From: a virus | Virus record (IMG/VR): IMGVR_UViG_3300017971_000207 | Coordinates: 81,434-145,433 of that record | Reading direction: 5' to 3' (one strand) | DNA length: 64,000 nt | Notes under the pieces: model-generated | Told to the model about the DNA's origin: nothing | Database searches by the model: none | The model's input: the letters and a program-made list of their open reading frames with translations, nothing else | Position numbers and translations under genes: made by a program | Shown: positions 63,865 to 64,000 of the stretch, in pieces | Position numbering within the stretch: position 1 is the stretch's first letter | Layout: every line of letters starts with the position of its first letter

Positions 63865-64000
63865 CAGCCACGCGCTCTTGAGGGTCTAGCAACAGAACTT
63901 TTCGCCAGTGATCGTAGACCTTCTGAAACTCCTCAAGGGTGGGGACCTCATCAGGCTCAAAGGGGAACATGTGAGGATGAATAGCCCCGTTAGAGGTCTC

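Noticed and set aside
1-64000. Stop-codon reassignment or tRNA genes
   Set aside because: Known genes are full length in code 11 with TAG used as stop; no tRNA cloverleaf recognised by eye (tRNAscan not run).

Overview
Fragment of a large, GC-rich (roughly 63% by eye) dsDNA bacteriophage genome. No capsid, terminase, tRNA, rRNA or CRISPR is visible in the window. It holds replication and nucleotide genes: MoxR-type AAA ATPase, uracil-DNA glycosylase, class II ribonucleotide reductase, RNase HII, UvrD helicase, thymidine kinase and deoxynucleoside kinase. Seven inteins sit in the first 22 kb. There is also a lysis-like cassette with a doubly intein-split papain-family peptidase, a leftward early/host-takeover-like region (26-44 kb) of small genes, a repeat-rich non-coding strand switch at about 45 kb (origin or genome-end candidate), a phosphatidylserine decarboxylase and an IS607 (TnpA/TnpB). 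The most striking unexplained structure: (1) about 13 diverse proteins share short N-terminal amphipathic leaders ending in Glu, resembling capsid-targeting/prohead-protease tags; (2) the octamer GTCCGAGA occurs at least 36 times; (3) six copies of the palindrome CGACCACGTGGTCG, mostly right after stop codons; (4) seven sigma70 promoters carrying a GTGWG-N9-CWCAC operator, plus a repeated bulged-A RNA hairpin leader.
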